Shown here in pieces: positions 41,624 through 53,136 of a DNA stretch of 64,000 nucleotides. Position numbers and translations under genes: made by a program. Each line of letters starts with the position of its first letter. The stretch's first letter is position 1. The notes beneath the pieces were generated by a model. That model was not told where the DNA came from and did not search any database. It was given only the letters and a program-made list of their open reading frames with translations. The DNA lies in NCBI GenBank assembly GCA_011109175.1, contig RDEW01000009.1, positions 1,444,950-1,508,949 of the forward strand. Direction: 5' to 3'. Origin of the DNA: Dicyema japonicum. Lineage: Eukaryota > Animalia > Dicyemida.

Positions 41624-42316
41624 CAGTGTTTCTTAACGGGGTTGCTGGAACATATTAGGGGGTGCTGGAATTTTAATTTTTTAATTACTATAAATATTTG
41701 AATTAGGTTTTATAAATCATTTATCACGTTCTTTTATAATTAATTCTACTTTTCTTGTGTGTACTTTTCTAAAAAAATATTTACTGATATATTTATAAAT
41801 ATTTTCTAATTGTATTGAATATTTTATAGATGTGTGATAAAAAAGTAAAACGACTTATATATTCGGATGAGTACTTAAAGTTAGTAGTGAAAAATATCCT
41901 CAATTTGTTGAATAAAATTGAAACGCATTTCCTTCAAAATATCTTTTTGAAAGAGGATTTAATGCAGTCTCCAATATTTTGATCAAAAAAAATAAATTAC
42001 AAGCTGTGAATACAGGAGATTTGAGAATAAGTCTGTCAACTATGGAAGCTCACATAAAGGGATAGACAAATTCTCATCAAACACAAACAAAAAAAAGTTG
42101 TGTCTGTGAATAAACTTTTTAATTTTAAAAATAATTAGTAAAAATTTGGTCAGTTGGCATTGCACTCTAATGATGGAAGAACAGTTTCGACGTACAATTT
42201 GAAAAAATGGCCAAATAAATCCGAAATTAAAAAAATCTTAAGGGGAGCTGAAATTTTGAAGCTTCAAAATTGTATCAAAAGGAGGCGCTGACTTAAAAAA
42301 AGGTTAAGAACAACTG
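41624..42316 (+). mobile_element. Deleted Buster-type hAT transposon (693 bp)
   Basis: TIRs CAGTGTTTCTTAAC / reverse complement CAGTTGTTCTTAAC; TSD ATTTAAGC/ATCTAAGC; transposase C-terminal remnant FPSKYLFERGF..GDLRISLS. Confidence 0.8.
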
Positions 42317-42619
42317 ATCTAAGCTATCATTTTTAAACTTATAAATTTAATATACATCTTAGTTACATTCTAACCTTCTTTGCTACAGTCATCACTAGAA
42401 AGCCTACAATAATCCTAATCTATCCATTTTAATCCGACTCAGCTGTACAGAATCTCTCAAGAAGTCAGACTTTGTGCAGAATCACCTCTGAATAAGGCGA
42501 CGTTATCAGCTTCCTCGCCATAAAACATGACTTTTAATAAACTGTTGAACTGACTCAGTATATAAACAACTCCGCATAAATTCCGTCACCATACAAGTTT
42601 ACTATAATACAAGCTTATT

Positions 42620-44180
42620 AATTAACAGCGGAAATCAATTTTATATGAAAAATCAAAATGTTTTTCGGAAATGTTCACCGTCAGAATTAATAACTTTGAA
42701 TATTAATGGAATGTACGAAAGTTTATCAAATAAATATTAAAAGAAGAGTGGAAAAATTTGTTAATATTATTGACGTGATAATTTGGGGGAATATCTAGGG
42801 ACAGTTGTATTCCTTGTCTTCAAACAGGGAGCTATAGTGATTCGTAAAAATTGAAAACTACCTTGCCCAAAATCTGAGCATCGGAATTGGAGTCATGTTG
42901 GGGTTTAATATTTCCAATTCTGTTGGAGGAGGACAAATGAATTCAGCAGTTACTCTTTCACTGTTCATTATTGGACGTGTAAAATGGAGGAAACTACCTT
43001 CCTTTGTCTTGGTTCATTTTCTGTCCAGTTTTACAAGTTGTTTCGTCATTTATGGACTTTACATTAATGAATTTTACTGCTTCAACCCTCGCTTGAAAGA
43101 AACTAATATTCACATTTGACGACTTTATCGAGTGAATATATATTTCTTGCGTTTATAAAACAATTCCTTGCAATCAGTTCAGTCATGGTTGGATTTTAAC
43201 AATAATTAACTAAAAATCTAAACTACAGGAAATAAAATTTCATTCTCTAATGCTCGGATTGTTGGTAACTGGTGTCTTCTGTACATTCAACGGCTTCAGG
43301 ATCCACCACAATTCATCCAAATTTGGATCTTACCGGGAGAATAACAGCATCTATCATTGGATATGATAACAATAAAATATGGAATTTTCCGTACTTCAAT
43401 ATTCAATTGTTCTCTCTACCACTTGGGCCATTTTTGGCACATTTGTATACCAGTTATTTGTGGGGATCTGGATAAGTGACGGGGTAGTGGATAGTTAACA
43501 ATTAACCCTAACAGTTTTAATAATTATGTCTCAAAAAGAGAGATTCGTTATTATAAGTCCTTGATATAATCTCCTGTTATATTCACGATTTAATTATAAA
43601 TTCGTGAAATCATTAAAATAACTTAACATATTTTTTAAATTAAGTGTGGATTCTCTTAGAATTGAAAACACATTCCCTCTCACGATTTTATGATCTAAGA
43701 CGACCACATAATTCTGTTCGAATTGTGGAGATTAGTAATAGGGGATTCGTTATTACTATTTCACAGTAGTCAGTGTCTCGTATCTTTTCAAATATTCAAC
43801 ATAACAAAATTGATTATTTTTTCCTGAGGTTTGGTGATGAAGTGCCTCCTTTCTCTATTGCTAACGATTGAGGAAAATGTCAACGATAGATAAAGATACG
43901 AAAGGATGTTTCTTACAAAATAGGTAAATTTGAATTTTTACAAAATCGATTATTTCTCATTTGATTTTGAAATCCATTTAAGTATCGGCATTCCAATATA
44001 CATAAGAACGGATCACCTTTTCTCTTGTGAGATCTGCATAAAACCAAATAAACCTGTCGGATCTCTGGGAGGATCCGCTCTTGGCTGTGAAGTACTTGTT
44101 AGCCATCGGTTCTTTCACTCGAAAAGACCAGGGGTAAATAAACATACATTAGAACTGTGATTTGAATCCTAGCATTTAAA
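42620..44180. repeat. Dispersed repeat, long copy; related to 50215-50815 in inverted orientation
   Basis: Three blocks (42620-42724, 43678-43885, 44143-44175) match contiguous parts of the reverse complement of 50215-50815. Confidence 0.75.
42770..43475 (+). pseudogene. Intronless, disrupted aquaglyceroporin-like sequence
   Basis: RDNLGEYLGT, GGGQMNSAVT (first NPA box), WRKLPSFV, IHPNLDLTGRI (second box with D), GAIFGTFVYQLFVG; several frameshifts and stops. Confidence 0.65.
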
Positions 44181-44478
44181 ATCTAATTAAGGCATATTTA
44201 ATTCCTACGGTCGGAGTGAGGCTTCATATCTAAAGTTGTGGGAACTCCTTAGTAGAGAAGAGATATATCCTTTTTAATGCAGCCCAGTCACTGGGGGTCT
44301 CACAAGATGCAGTGCTGAACTATACTATATTTCTGTCTGTTAGCATTTTTTACGAAAAGGCGATTTTTCAATAAGTGGTCCCAAAATTGCGACAAAATTG
44401 ATTTTTTGATATCAAAACAAGTTAGGAACCGAGAAGGATTTATCCTCGATTAGACCACGTTGAAAATATTTTAAATTA

Positions 44479-45841
44479 CAGCCCCGTGCAAATGTTACCG
44501 CCAGGGTCAAGTAATTCATAAGATAAGCAAAAATGTTACTTTTATTTGATAATTTTTATTATTTTAAAAAGCAAATATGGCACATGCCACTAGAAAGTTC
44601 CTCCTTTATTGCAAATAACTTCGTCAATTCTTTTAGGCGTGGATTTGTACAATAATTGTATATATTCATTGTCCATAGTGTTCCAAATATTTTGAGCGGT
44701 TATCCACAGTTCTGAAACTGTTTTTGGGCTTTTATCTTTTATTTTTGATTTTAGATAACTCCAACAAGTCTCAATAATATTCAGGTCTGAAGATTGTGGA
44801 GGCCAATTTTCTAAAACTGTGATCTTTTATTCTTTTGTAGACTTGAAGCATGTGAAGGAGCACCATCTTGTTGTAAAAAGTATCCTTTTTGATAAATTTC
44901 AACAAGTCCTTCAGAAAGAATTCGTTGATATTCAACAGAATTTACATTTCCAGTGCATAAAACTAGCATTCGTTTTCCATCATTTCTAATTGCATCCCAT
45001 ACCATAACAGAGGGTGAATATCTAATTGTCCCAGTTGTATACTTTGTTTCAAATCGAGATTCTCAAGGTCTTCTAACATGTTCTCTCGATTCGAGACTCA
45101 ATGAAATCCGACACTTATCGCTGAAAATTACATTTTTCCATTCGAAGAGTATATTAGTTTTGCATCACAATTTTCATTTTGGTTTTTTGAGCCTCAGTAA
45201 GCAACGGTTTTTTGACCCCTGCTTGTCTGAAAAGATTATTTTGACGTAATATTCTTTTTACAGTATCACTACTGACAAGATGAGAAACATCACAGTCTGT
45301 TCGGATCTGATTAGATGTTTTTTGGGATTGCACACAGAATTTCGGACGAGAATTCTTTCATATCGTAACGACAAATTTTTTATCATTGCAGCCATATTTT
45401 TAAATATAGCGCTTATGGATTTCACGAACTGTACTTCTGCCTATTCCGAGAGTACTAGCAACTTTAGAAATCGAAGTCCCATTTTCAATAAAAATATGAT
45501 TTTATAACGATTTTCAACTGAAACACGTGGAATTTAACGTTTTTTTAATTTTATTGTACATTTAAAGAATTTAAAAATAAAATAATTAATATTTGACTTC
45601 AGATATATCTAATTAATTTAGGTGGCGGTGACATGTGCACGGGATAATTTTCGTTAAAAAATAAAAAGTGGAAAAATCCCATTTTTAAGGGATGAAATAA
45701 AAAAATAAAAAATTGATTAAGTTGGCTAAAATTTAAAAAGCATATTTGCTTTTTAAAATAATAAAAATTATCAAATAAAAGTAACATTTTTGCTTATTTT
45801 ATGAATTACTTGACCCTGGTGGTAACATTTGCACGGGACTG
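44479..45841 (-). mobile_element. Tc1 (DD34E) transposon, degenerate
   Basis: About 101-bp TIRs (44479-44579, 45741-45841), TA TSDs, MVWDAI, LQQDGAPSHAS, WPPQSSDLNIIE. Confidence 0.92.
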
Positions 45842-46259
45842 TATGTATGAATGGTATTTTTGACAGCAGTTTTTAGAACTGTTCCTATATTCATGAGATC
45901 TTTTCATAAATGCAATAAAGATATCGTACATCATTTAAAGCATTTAAGCATTTGACTAAAAATGGTATTGTGTTATTCAAAGTATATCATTCAATGCTGC
46001 CCTTCAAATCGTGATTAGCTATCGATTCAATTACCACATTTACCTGATCAAAAAATTCCCTTCTGCTCTATGCCTTTTGCAAATACTGAAAGATGCCAGT
46101 TTATCGATCTGTCTGAGGAGACGCCCAAAGCCAGTATCCAAAAAGTATCTATCTTTTACCTTCTCTACTAGAAGGATTCTACAAAAGTCTAAAATTTATG
46201 CGACAACCTGTATTTCTTTACCACAAAATTAAGATCATAAGAAATCACAATCTTTACAA

Positions 46260-47825
46260 TTAAAAACTGAAAATTTTATTTTCAATAAAAACAATTTGGT
46301 CAACAAGATCATCCTTAGCCATAATAAGCTCAGGAATCATACATAAACAGCAATCAAGAACATCCAGCAAAACACCATCGTTAAGACAACTAATGAGACT
46401 CATCCTTTCTCTCCCATTCTCTACAAACAATTCTGATCTATTCCGCACCACCAGTCGACTTCCACGCCATCTGTCGGGCGCTACAAATCTGGGTAACTCA
46501 GAGTCAGTCCTCACACAGGCCTTCACAGCTGACACCAAACGACCCATTCTTCCCCCCGAAGATTCCGTTTCCCCGTCGATTAGTCGGTCAATCATGTGTT
46601 CCAGCGAACAGTTCCTCTCAATAAGTTCCCCGGCCCAATCCCTCAAACTGAAAACAAGGTCGCCTGGATTTTCCTCGACCTTCTCGAAGTCAGAGTCCAG
46701 GCTATACAGGATACTCAGTCCAACCATAATGAGAGCCAGGACGTAAATTTCACGGCAAAATTTCATCTCCCGTCCAATAAACATGTGGATATTATACACC
46801 AACTGGCAAAATTGACCTGCAATTCATAGTCTAGCAAATACAGGACGGAAGTCCGAGATCCAAAACGTATTTATGGGAGAGGAAATCCACGGGGATTTGG
46901 GAAATGTCCTCCAGACCGCAGATTCTAGCAACTTCCGTGGTTTTCTTGCAAAAGTGTGAATAGTCGATCTCCAATGGGGAGTACTTTGAGGTCACCATCT
47001 TCTTTGAATAACGGAAGAAGTAGAAAAGTTTACTCCTCCTATGTACCTCATCCATACGGTCTCTTATCCGTTTCCACTGCCTGGATGTGAACCCCACGTG
47101 ATTGCCTCAGAAAGTCGACTGCGGAAAGGTTGGATCCAACTTTGAGGGACCCCAGAAAGCAAATACAGAGAAGGTGAACCACCTCGATTTCTTTTCCTGT
47201 GGTAGAATCCTCTGGAAATGAATGTATGGACCTCTTCCTACCCACGTGACTTAAATTAGTTAGTCAGTATACCTAACGGTCTCAAGATCCCCCATAACAC
47301 GGAAGAATAGATCGGCGATTTCTGTTATCGCAGATTCCACAGAAGGATTCACATTCATGTTGACAAGATCGGAGGACAGAAGGTTTAAGATGTCTTTGAA
47401 GTCGCTGATCAGAGACTGAAAATCAGGAATCTCTTCGTTCTTCCAACAGTCAGAGTCTCTGACGTTTTCCTTGTTGAAAGTTTTTTCTGAATTGTTCAGA
47501 ACGGAAATTTCAGTGTCGAAATCACTCAAATAAGTAGAAATGTCTGATATCTCAGTTCCAGACTCATTCGTGAGGAAGGTGGACTGAGAGATCGCAGTGC
47601 TGGAGTCTCGAGACAAGAACGAGTGTCTGGAGACGTCTGGAGTCTGTGATTTGAACTTTTTCAGAGAATATTGTGATTGAGTGTCATCTTCATTCACCTC
47701 TTCATCTTCAATTTCTGCAAACTGGTAATATTTTTTGAATGTTAGACCTGAGTGTTGCAGTCCACACAGTAAAAAAGTTCATTTAGTTGAACAAAGTCAA
47801 AACAACCACAAGAGCTGCATTCCAT
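46260..47825 (-). CDS. TAF1B: TAF1B/Rrn7-like RNA polymerase I core factor subunit
   Basis: N-terminal zinc ribbon MECSSCG..LFYCVDCNTQ, LLCICFLG..SAVDFLR, KYVLDLGLP, VLALIMVGLSILYSLD; four mini-introns including one GC-AG. Confidence 0.7.
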
Positions 47826-47984
47826 TTAAATATTTATTATTATAGTAAAAAGTTAATTTAAAAAGAAAAATATTTTTAATGTATGAATTATAGTCTATTA
47901 ATGCCTTTTAATCAACAAGATTATTAAAATTTGTAAAAACTGGTGCTATCTTAAACGTGGCGTCAACGAAAATTTTGGAACCGC

Positions 47985-49810
47985 TTGAAAAGACACGTAC
48001 CTCCCCTCCCGGGACAGAAATCCCAGACAAAGTCTCTCAATGATGAAATTTCAAGAAGGATCAGAAGGGCTGAAGCAAACAAGTGGGAAAAGCGAATCTG
48101 CTCTCTCCCTTTTCAGAAATCTGCCCAGATGATCTGGAAGGCAATAAAAAGACTTGGCCCTAAAGAAAACTCCACCTCGAAACAAAAGACAGACCAACTC
48201 AGCTTAAATAAACTAATGAAGTATTATACTGGTATAAGTCACAAAACCTTTAAGAAAATGGATGGACCCTCTTTGTTCTCGATGAGACCTAAAAGAATTC
48301 CGCCGATCACCTTTATTTCTCATTCAAACGTATTCAAAGGCTTGAAGATGATTAATCCCTCCCGCTCTTGTGGTCCAGATGGCATCCCTTCAATACTTCT
48401 TAAACATTTTGGACCGGTTACTATTGGGGTAATCTCCCTTATTTTCAACTATTCTTTGAACATGAATTCCATCCCTACGATTTGGAAACTTTCCCACATA
48501 TGCCCAATAGCAAAACCTGGCAAGGACAAAAACAATCCCGCTTCATACCGACCAATTTCTCTATTATGTTCATTTTCAAAATTATTGGAAAAACTGGTAC
48601 TTGATCTCAATTCCCCGTCCCTTCCCTTCAGTTCCTCTCAACATGGCTTCAGAAAGTTCTATTCAACGTCCACCCACCTTACTTCTCTCAATCAATTTAT
48701 CCTTGATGGCTTCAACTCAAGTCTTCGTCACCTCAAAACCATCGTCTGTTCTGTGGATCTGCGTAAAGCCTTTGACTCTGTCTCCAGGAAAATCTTAACC
48801 AGGAAATTATTTGGACTCTCCATTAACCCCAATCTAAAACTCTGGCTTTCGAATTTCCTCAGCGGGAGAAGGGCCCGGGTTTGTATGGATGGTACCAAAT
48901 CACTTTCGAGACTACTTCCCAATGGTGTTCCGCAAGGCTCTCCTTTGTCCCCATCCTTATTCAACCTTTTTATGTCCGATTTGCCACGATCAGTTGATAA
49001 AGACGATCTTCTCCTCTCCTATGCTGATGACATTCTAATTGGATCCCGTGACCAGGATCTCCTAAAAGCCTCAGAAAGAGTTCAAAAACAACTACACGTG
49101 ATTCAAAATTGGTTAATCTCCAACAGACTTGATATATCTCTTGAGAAGTCCTCCACATCTCTATTTACCTCAGACAAACGTCTTGGAAGAATGACCGTCG
49201 ATTTATTTATCAACCAAACTAAAATACCTTTTACGAAGAATTTGAAAATCTTAGGAGTCGCCTTTGACACGCACATGACCTTCTCCCCTCATGTCGAATA
49301 TATCTCCGGAACCTGCTCAAGAAAGCTTGGTTTGATCAAATCTATTTTTGGTGGCATCAGAACCCCTTTCCCAGCATTGAAACTACTACATAGACAATTC
49401 ATTGAGCCATCTATCAGCTACGCCTGTGCGTCTTGAGGAATCAACCTATCCTGGACGAACATACAGAAAATCAGTGATATTCAGTCCCTATCAGCTACAA
49501 CTATCGGCAAGCTCGTGAGAACAGTCAGTCTCACACCCACCTCTCTGGAAGACCTTATCGGACAAAATGGGAAGGGATTCGCCGCTCTGTGCCGAAAATC
49601 CAACTTCCTACAATGCTCCAATGGATTTGTCTTACTAGAAGACTTTACATCACCCCTCTTGCTTTTTTTCAAAACCCTCCCGTCCTCAGAGAAGCTGTGT
49701 GGATCTCGGAAGGTCCACCGGAAAAAGATGAGAGACCTGATGGAGGCGGCCGGGATCACCTAATTAGTTTAATCAATTAAATTAACTATTGGTGTTCTTG
49801 GGTTAAAAAA
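47985..49810 (+). mobile_element. Young 5'-truncated jockey/I-like LINE with near-intact RT
   Basis: 483-aa open frame (GPDGIP, YRPISLL, QHGFRK, DLRKAFDSV, GVPQGSPLSP, YADD), one TGA at a Trp position, frame continues to GIT* at 49763. Confidence 0.92.
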
Positions 49811-50214
49811 ATCCGCCATTACTCGGGACATGAAAATATACTACTGGATTGAGAAAATTGGAAACGCCTCACCTTGGAACCTCAAAAACAAAGAAAACAA
49901 CACTACTGTGCTGATTTGTTTAGCACCAATAGTATCGAAACGATCAGCTCAACTGGTTTACATGTCTACATTGCCCCCGTATTAGATATGAGAGTGGATC
50001 ACAGAATCAACCAAAAAACTTAAAATCATAGTACGGAATCAGTAAATGAGAATAAAGTATCAAATTTTTTTGTCACAGCCTGTAAGTTTAAATCAGTTCG
50101 TATGGGAAATCCAGTTTGAAATGAGAATGAAAAAAAATTAGAAAACCACGGTAAACCAAACAATCTAACCACGTGATTCCAAATCGTTTGAGTATTCGAG
50201 GTTAATAAATAAAT

Positions 50215-50815
50215 GTAGATTTGAAGAAAATGCTAGGATTCAAATCACAGTTCTAATGTATAGACATTTTGCTCATTCGTTCCAATAGAGAAAGGAGGCA
50301 CGTCACCACCAAACCTCTGAAAAAATAATCAATTTTGTTATTTTGTATATTTGAAAAAATACTAAACTATAACAAGCACTGACAACTGTGAAATAGTAAT
50401 AACGAATCCCCTATTACTAATCTCCCTAATTCGAACAGAATTATGTGGTCGTCTTAGATCATAAAAATCGCGAGAAACTTTAAGACATTCCATTAATATA
50501 ATAATAATAGCCTTTTCACGAGAGCCATAATATCTATAGCTCCGCATAGGCAGGACAAACACTTTATTTAACGCAGTGAGTATTCACTGATGACGGCGTC
50601 ACTCGTCAAACCCTTTCTGCATCGTAGATACGTGGAACCTTCCACCAGGAGATCAGCAGCAAGATTCGAACCCGTAGCCTAAGCCACTTAAGCCCGACAC
50701 CTAACCACTAAACCACCCGGCTAAAGTTATTAATTCATTAAAATTTAAAGTTATTAATTCTGACGAATGAACATTTTTGAAAGATAATTGATTTTTCACA
50801 TAAAATTAATTTCCT
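50215..50815. repeat. Short copy of the 42620-44180 repeat with a SINE insertion
   Basis: Collinear match to the long copy but lacking 42725-43677 and about 43885-44143. Confidence 0.75.
50499..50721 (-). mobile_element. tRNA-derived SINE
   Basis: A box TGGTTTAGTGG, B box GGTTCGAATC, body shared with 55826-56147, (TAT)n tail. Confidence 0.8.
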
Positions 50816-53035
50816 AAGATATTTCCAGAAGAAGGCTCTCCATTGATGAACAATCTGAAGAAAGAGTGGATTGGCAAAATACGATCCTGCACATCATTGT
50901 TTGGGACTGTATGAAGCATTTGTCAAGCCAATCCTAATATACAATTTATCGACTTCGGGTACGTCCAAAACTTAACAACTTGGACTAGATTCTTTCCATT
51001 GGATACAACTTAGATCCTTACTAGTACTGAACTGACCAACAAGAATAAACAAGGAATGACTATATAAGAGATGTTGTACGAGTCCACTGAGTCTCGAAAT
51101 TATTTGATATGCGTAGGAGGCTATTTGGACATATCTTAAGAATGGACTTGGGTGCTCCAGCCAGCATAGCAATAGAAGATTACTTCATGAGACAGGGACC
51201 ATGTTTCCGTAGACGTTCGCGTTTTCCACTTCCAGAAACACTTGATGGAAATCTAAAGCCTGCGAACAAAAGTCTAAGTCAGAAGTTCCCAACCTTTTTG
51301 AGAGCACGGAACCCTATCGAGATTTTTCATTTTATACGGAACCCTTAAATAGTTTTTAACAATTATCAGTATTTTACTAATATAACAAAAATAAAATGCT
51401 AGTTTGTGACATGGTTGTGGCTGACGTCTCTTGCATAGCTCTGTAATATTTTGCCTTGTCCTTGACAGAAGTAAACGCAGGTCTTCTACATACCATAGGT
51501 TCGCGCGTTTTTTATGATTTATATTTGTTAATGCAGAAAATCCACTTTCACAGAGATAAGTCGTTGAAAACTGGACCAAAACTCTTAGAACTTTGTTTGC
51601 CAAATAAAATATTATTTTTTGACAATCAGCAAAAAACGAATCAATATCAAAATAGATTTTCATTTCTTCCTTGCCTGCTGCTATTGGAACATTGAGTTCA
51701 TGAAAAATATCGGCGAGGTATGCTAATTTGCAACACCAAAATTGAGGCATTCAATAAAGTCATCCAACCTTTCTTGTATACAAAAAGCCAGTAATTCGTG
51801 TCTTAGTAAATAGAAAAGAATTAACATGTTTCCCTTTGAGATCCATCTTACTTCAATATGCAAAATCAAAACTGAATGTTCTGCATTTTCACAAAGTTTC
51901 GAGAACTGTCGCAATTTCAAAGGCCTCATTTTGATGTAATTAATTATTTTTACAACCATGTCCAAAGCAAATTTAAGTTCCTGCTCAATAGTTTTTGCGA
52001 CCAATGCCTCGAGATGAAGAAAACAATGCTTTTGAATAATGTTCGGATTCTTATTTTTCACAATAGAAACAAAGCCTTTAAATTTCCTGGTCATTGCTGA
52101 AGCACCATCAGTGCAGATACGCACACATGCTTTCCAATCCAACTTTATATCCTCAAAATATGAATTTATAAGATTCAAAATTTCACATCCCTTTGTTGTT
52201 CCGAGCAACTCATTGCAGCAAAGAAAATCTTAAACAATGAATTCATCATTCATACATCGAACGAAAACAGAGAGTTGCATTCTTCCTGTTAATATCTGAG
52301 CTTTCATCCTCTTGAAACGCAAAAAACACAAATTTTTTAATTCGCAGAACCAAAGTGGTTTCAATGTAATCAGACATATCCTTGATGCGTCTGCTCGCAG
52401 AATTATTAGAAATAGGAATTAAGTCGAGCTCAGCGAAGAAATTTCTCCGAACATTATCTTCACTACTTTTTTGGATGCAGGCAAAATAACAGTTTTGGGA
52501 AGAGTGTAGAATTTCATATTTTTTAGCGGCAATCTCAGCAACAGCATAACTGGCATGCAGTGATTTTTCGTTTATTTTGATTTTTTTGTAAAACGGGATT
52601 CTTGAACTTTATTCTGGTCTAATTTCAGCTTAAAATGTTCTTTTTTTTCTTTGAAAGATCAGGTGCTTGGTGGAGAAATGACGTCTAAGTTTCGGTGGAG
52701 CCATATCACTATTCGCAAGTTTTTAACCGCAAACAACACAAAATGGTAGAGGGCAATCCATGTTCCTAGTCCATGTGAAACCAAAGGCAATATAGCTTTC
52801 TCGATACGATCGAACATTAAGATATGTACTGTCAAAAAAAATTTTGAAAAATTCTTTCTTTTGAAAAAAGAATAAAACATTTTTGAACTTTGTTACCCCT
52901 AGAATATTTGGCGGAACCCAGGTTGAGAAACACTGGTCTAAGTGGTGAAAATCTAGACGAGTTGAGGAAACTCTCTTAAGATCGAGGTGGTTGGTTCGAA
53001 AAATTGTTTTGTGTGCTGCACGACTGATGGCCATG
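50816..53035 (+). mobile_element. RTE-like LINE 3' fragment split by a hAT insertion (parts 50816-51279 and 52944-53035)
   Basis: RRLFGHILRMD..FPLPETLDGNLKPANKSL continues across the TSD as SGENLDELRKL..DRGGW. Confidence 0.7.
51280..52935 (-). mobile_element. Buster-type hAT transposon (SCAND3/ZBED8-like transposase), degenerate
   Basis: TIRs CAGAAGTTCCCAACC / CAGTGTTTCTCAACC; perfect TSD GTCTAAGT; ICTDGASAM, HCFLH.EAL, EVRWISKG, FSTTYLCESGFS. Confidence 0.92.
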
Positions 53036-53136
53036 TTTTCCCTCCTAATTTTAAAATAACATAAATAAAAATATAATATAGTATATTTATATTTAAAATC
53101 ATTAAAACTATAACTAAGAGACAGTAAAACTAAGTT

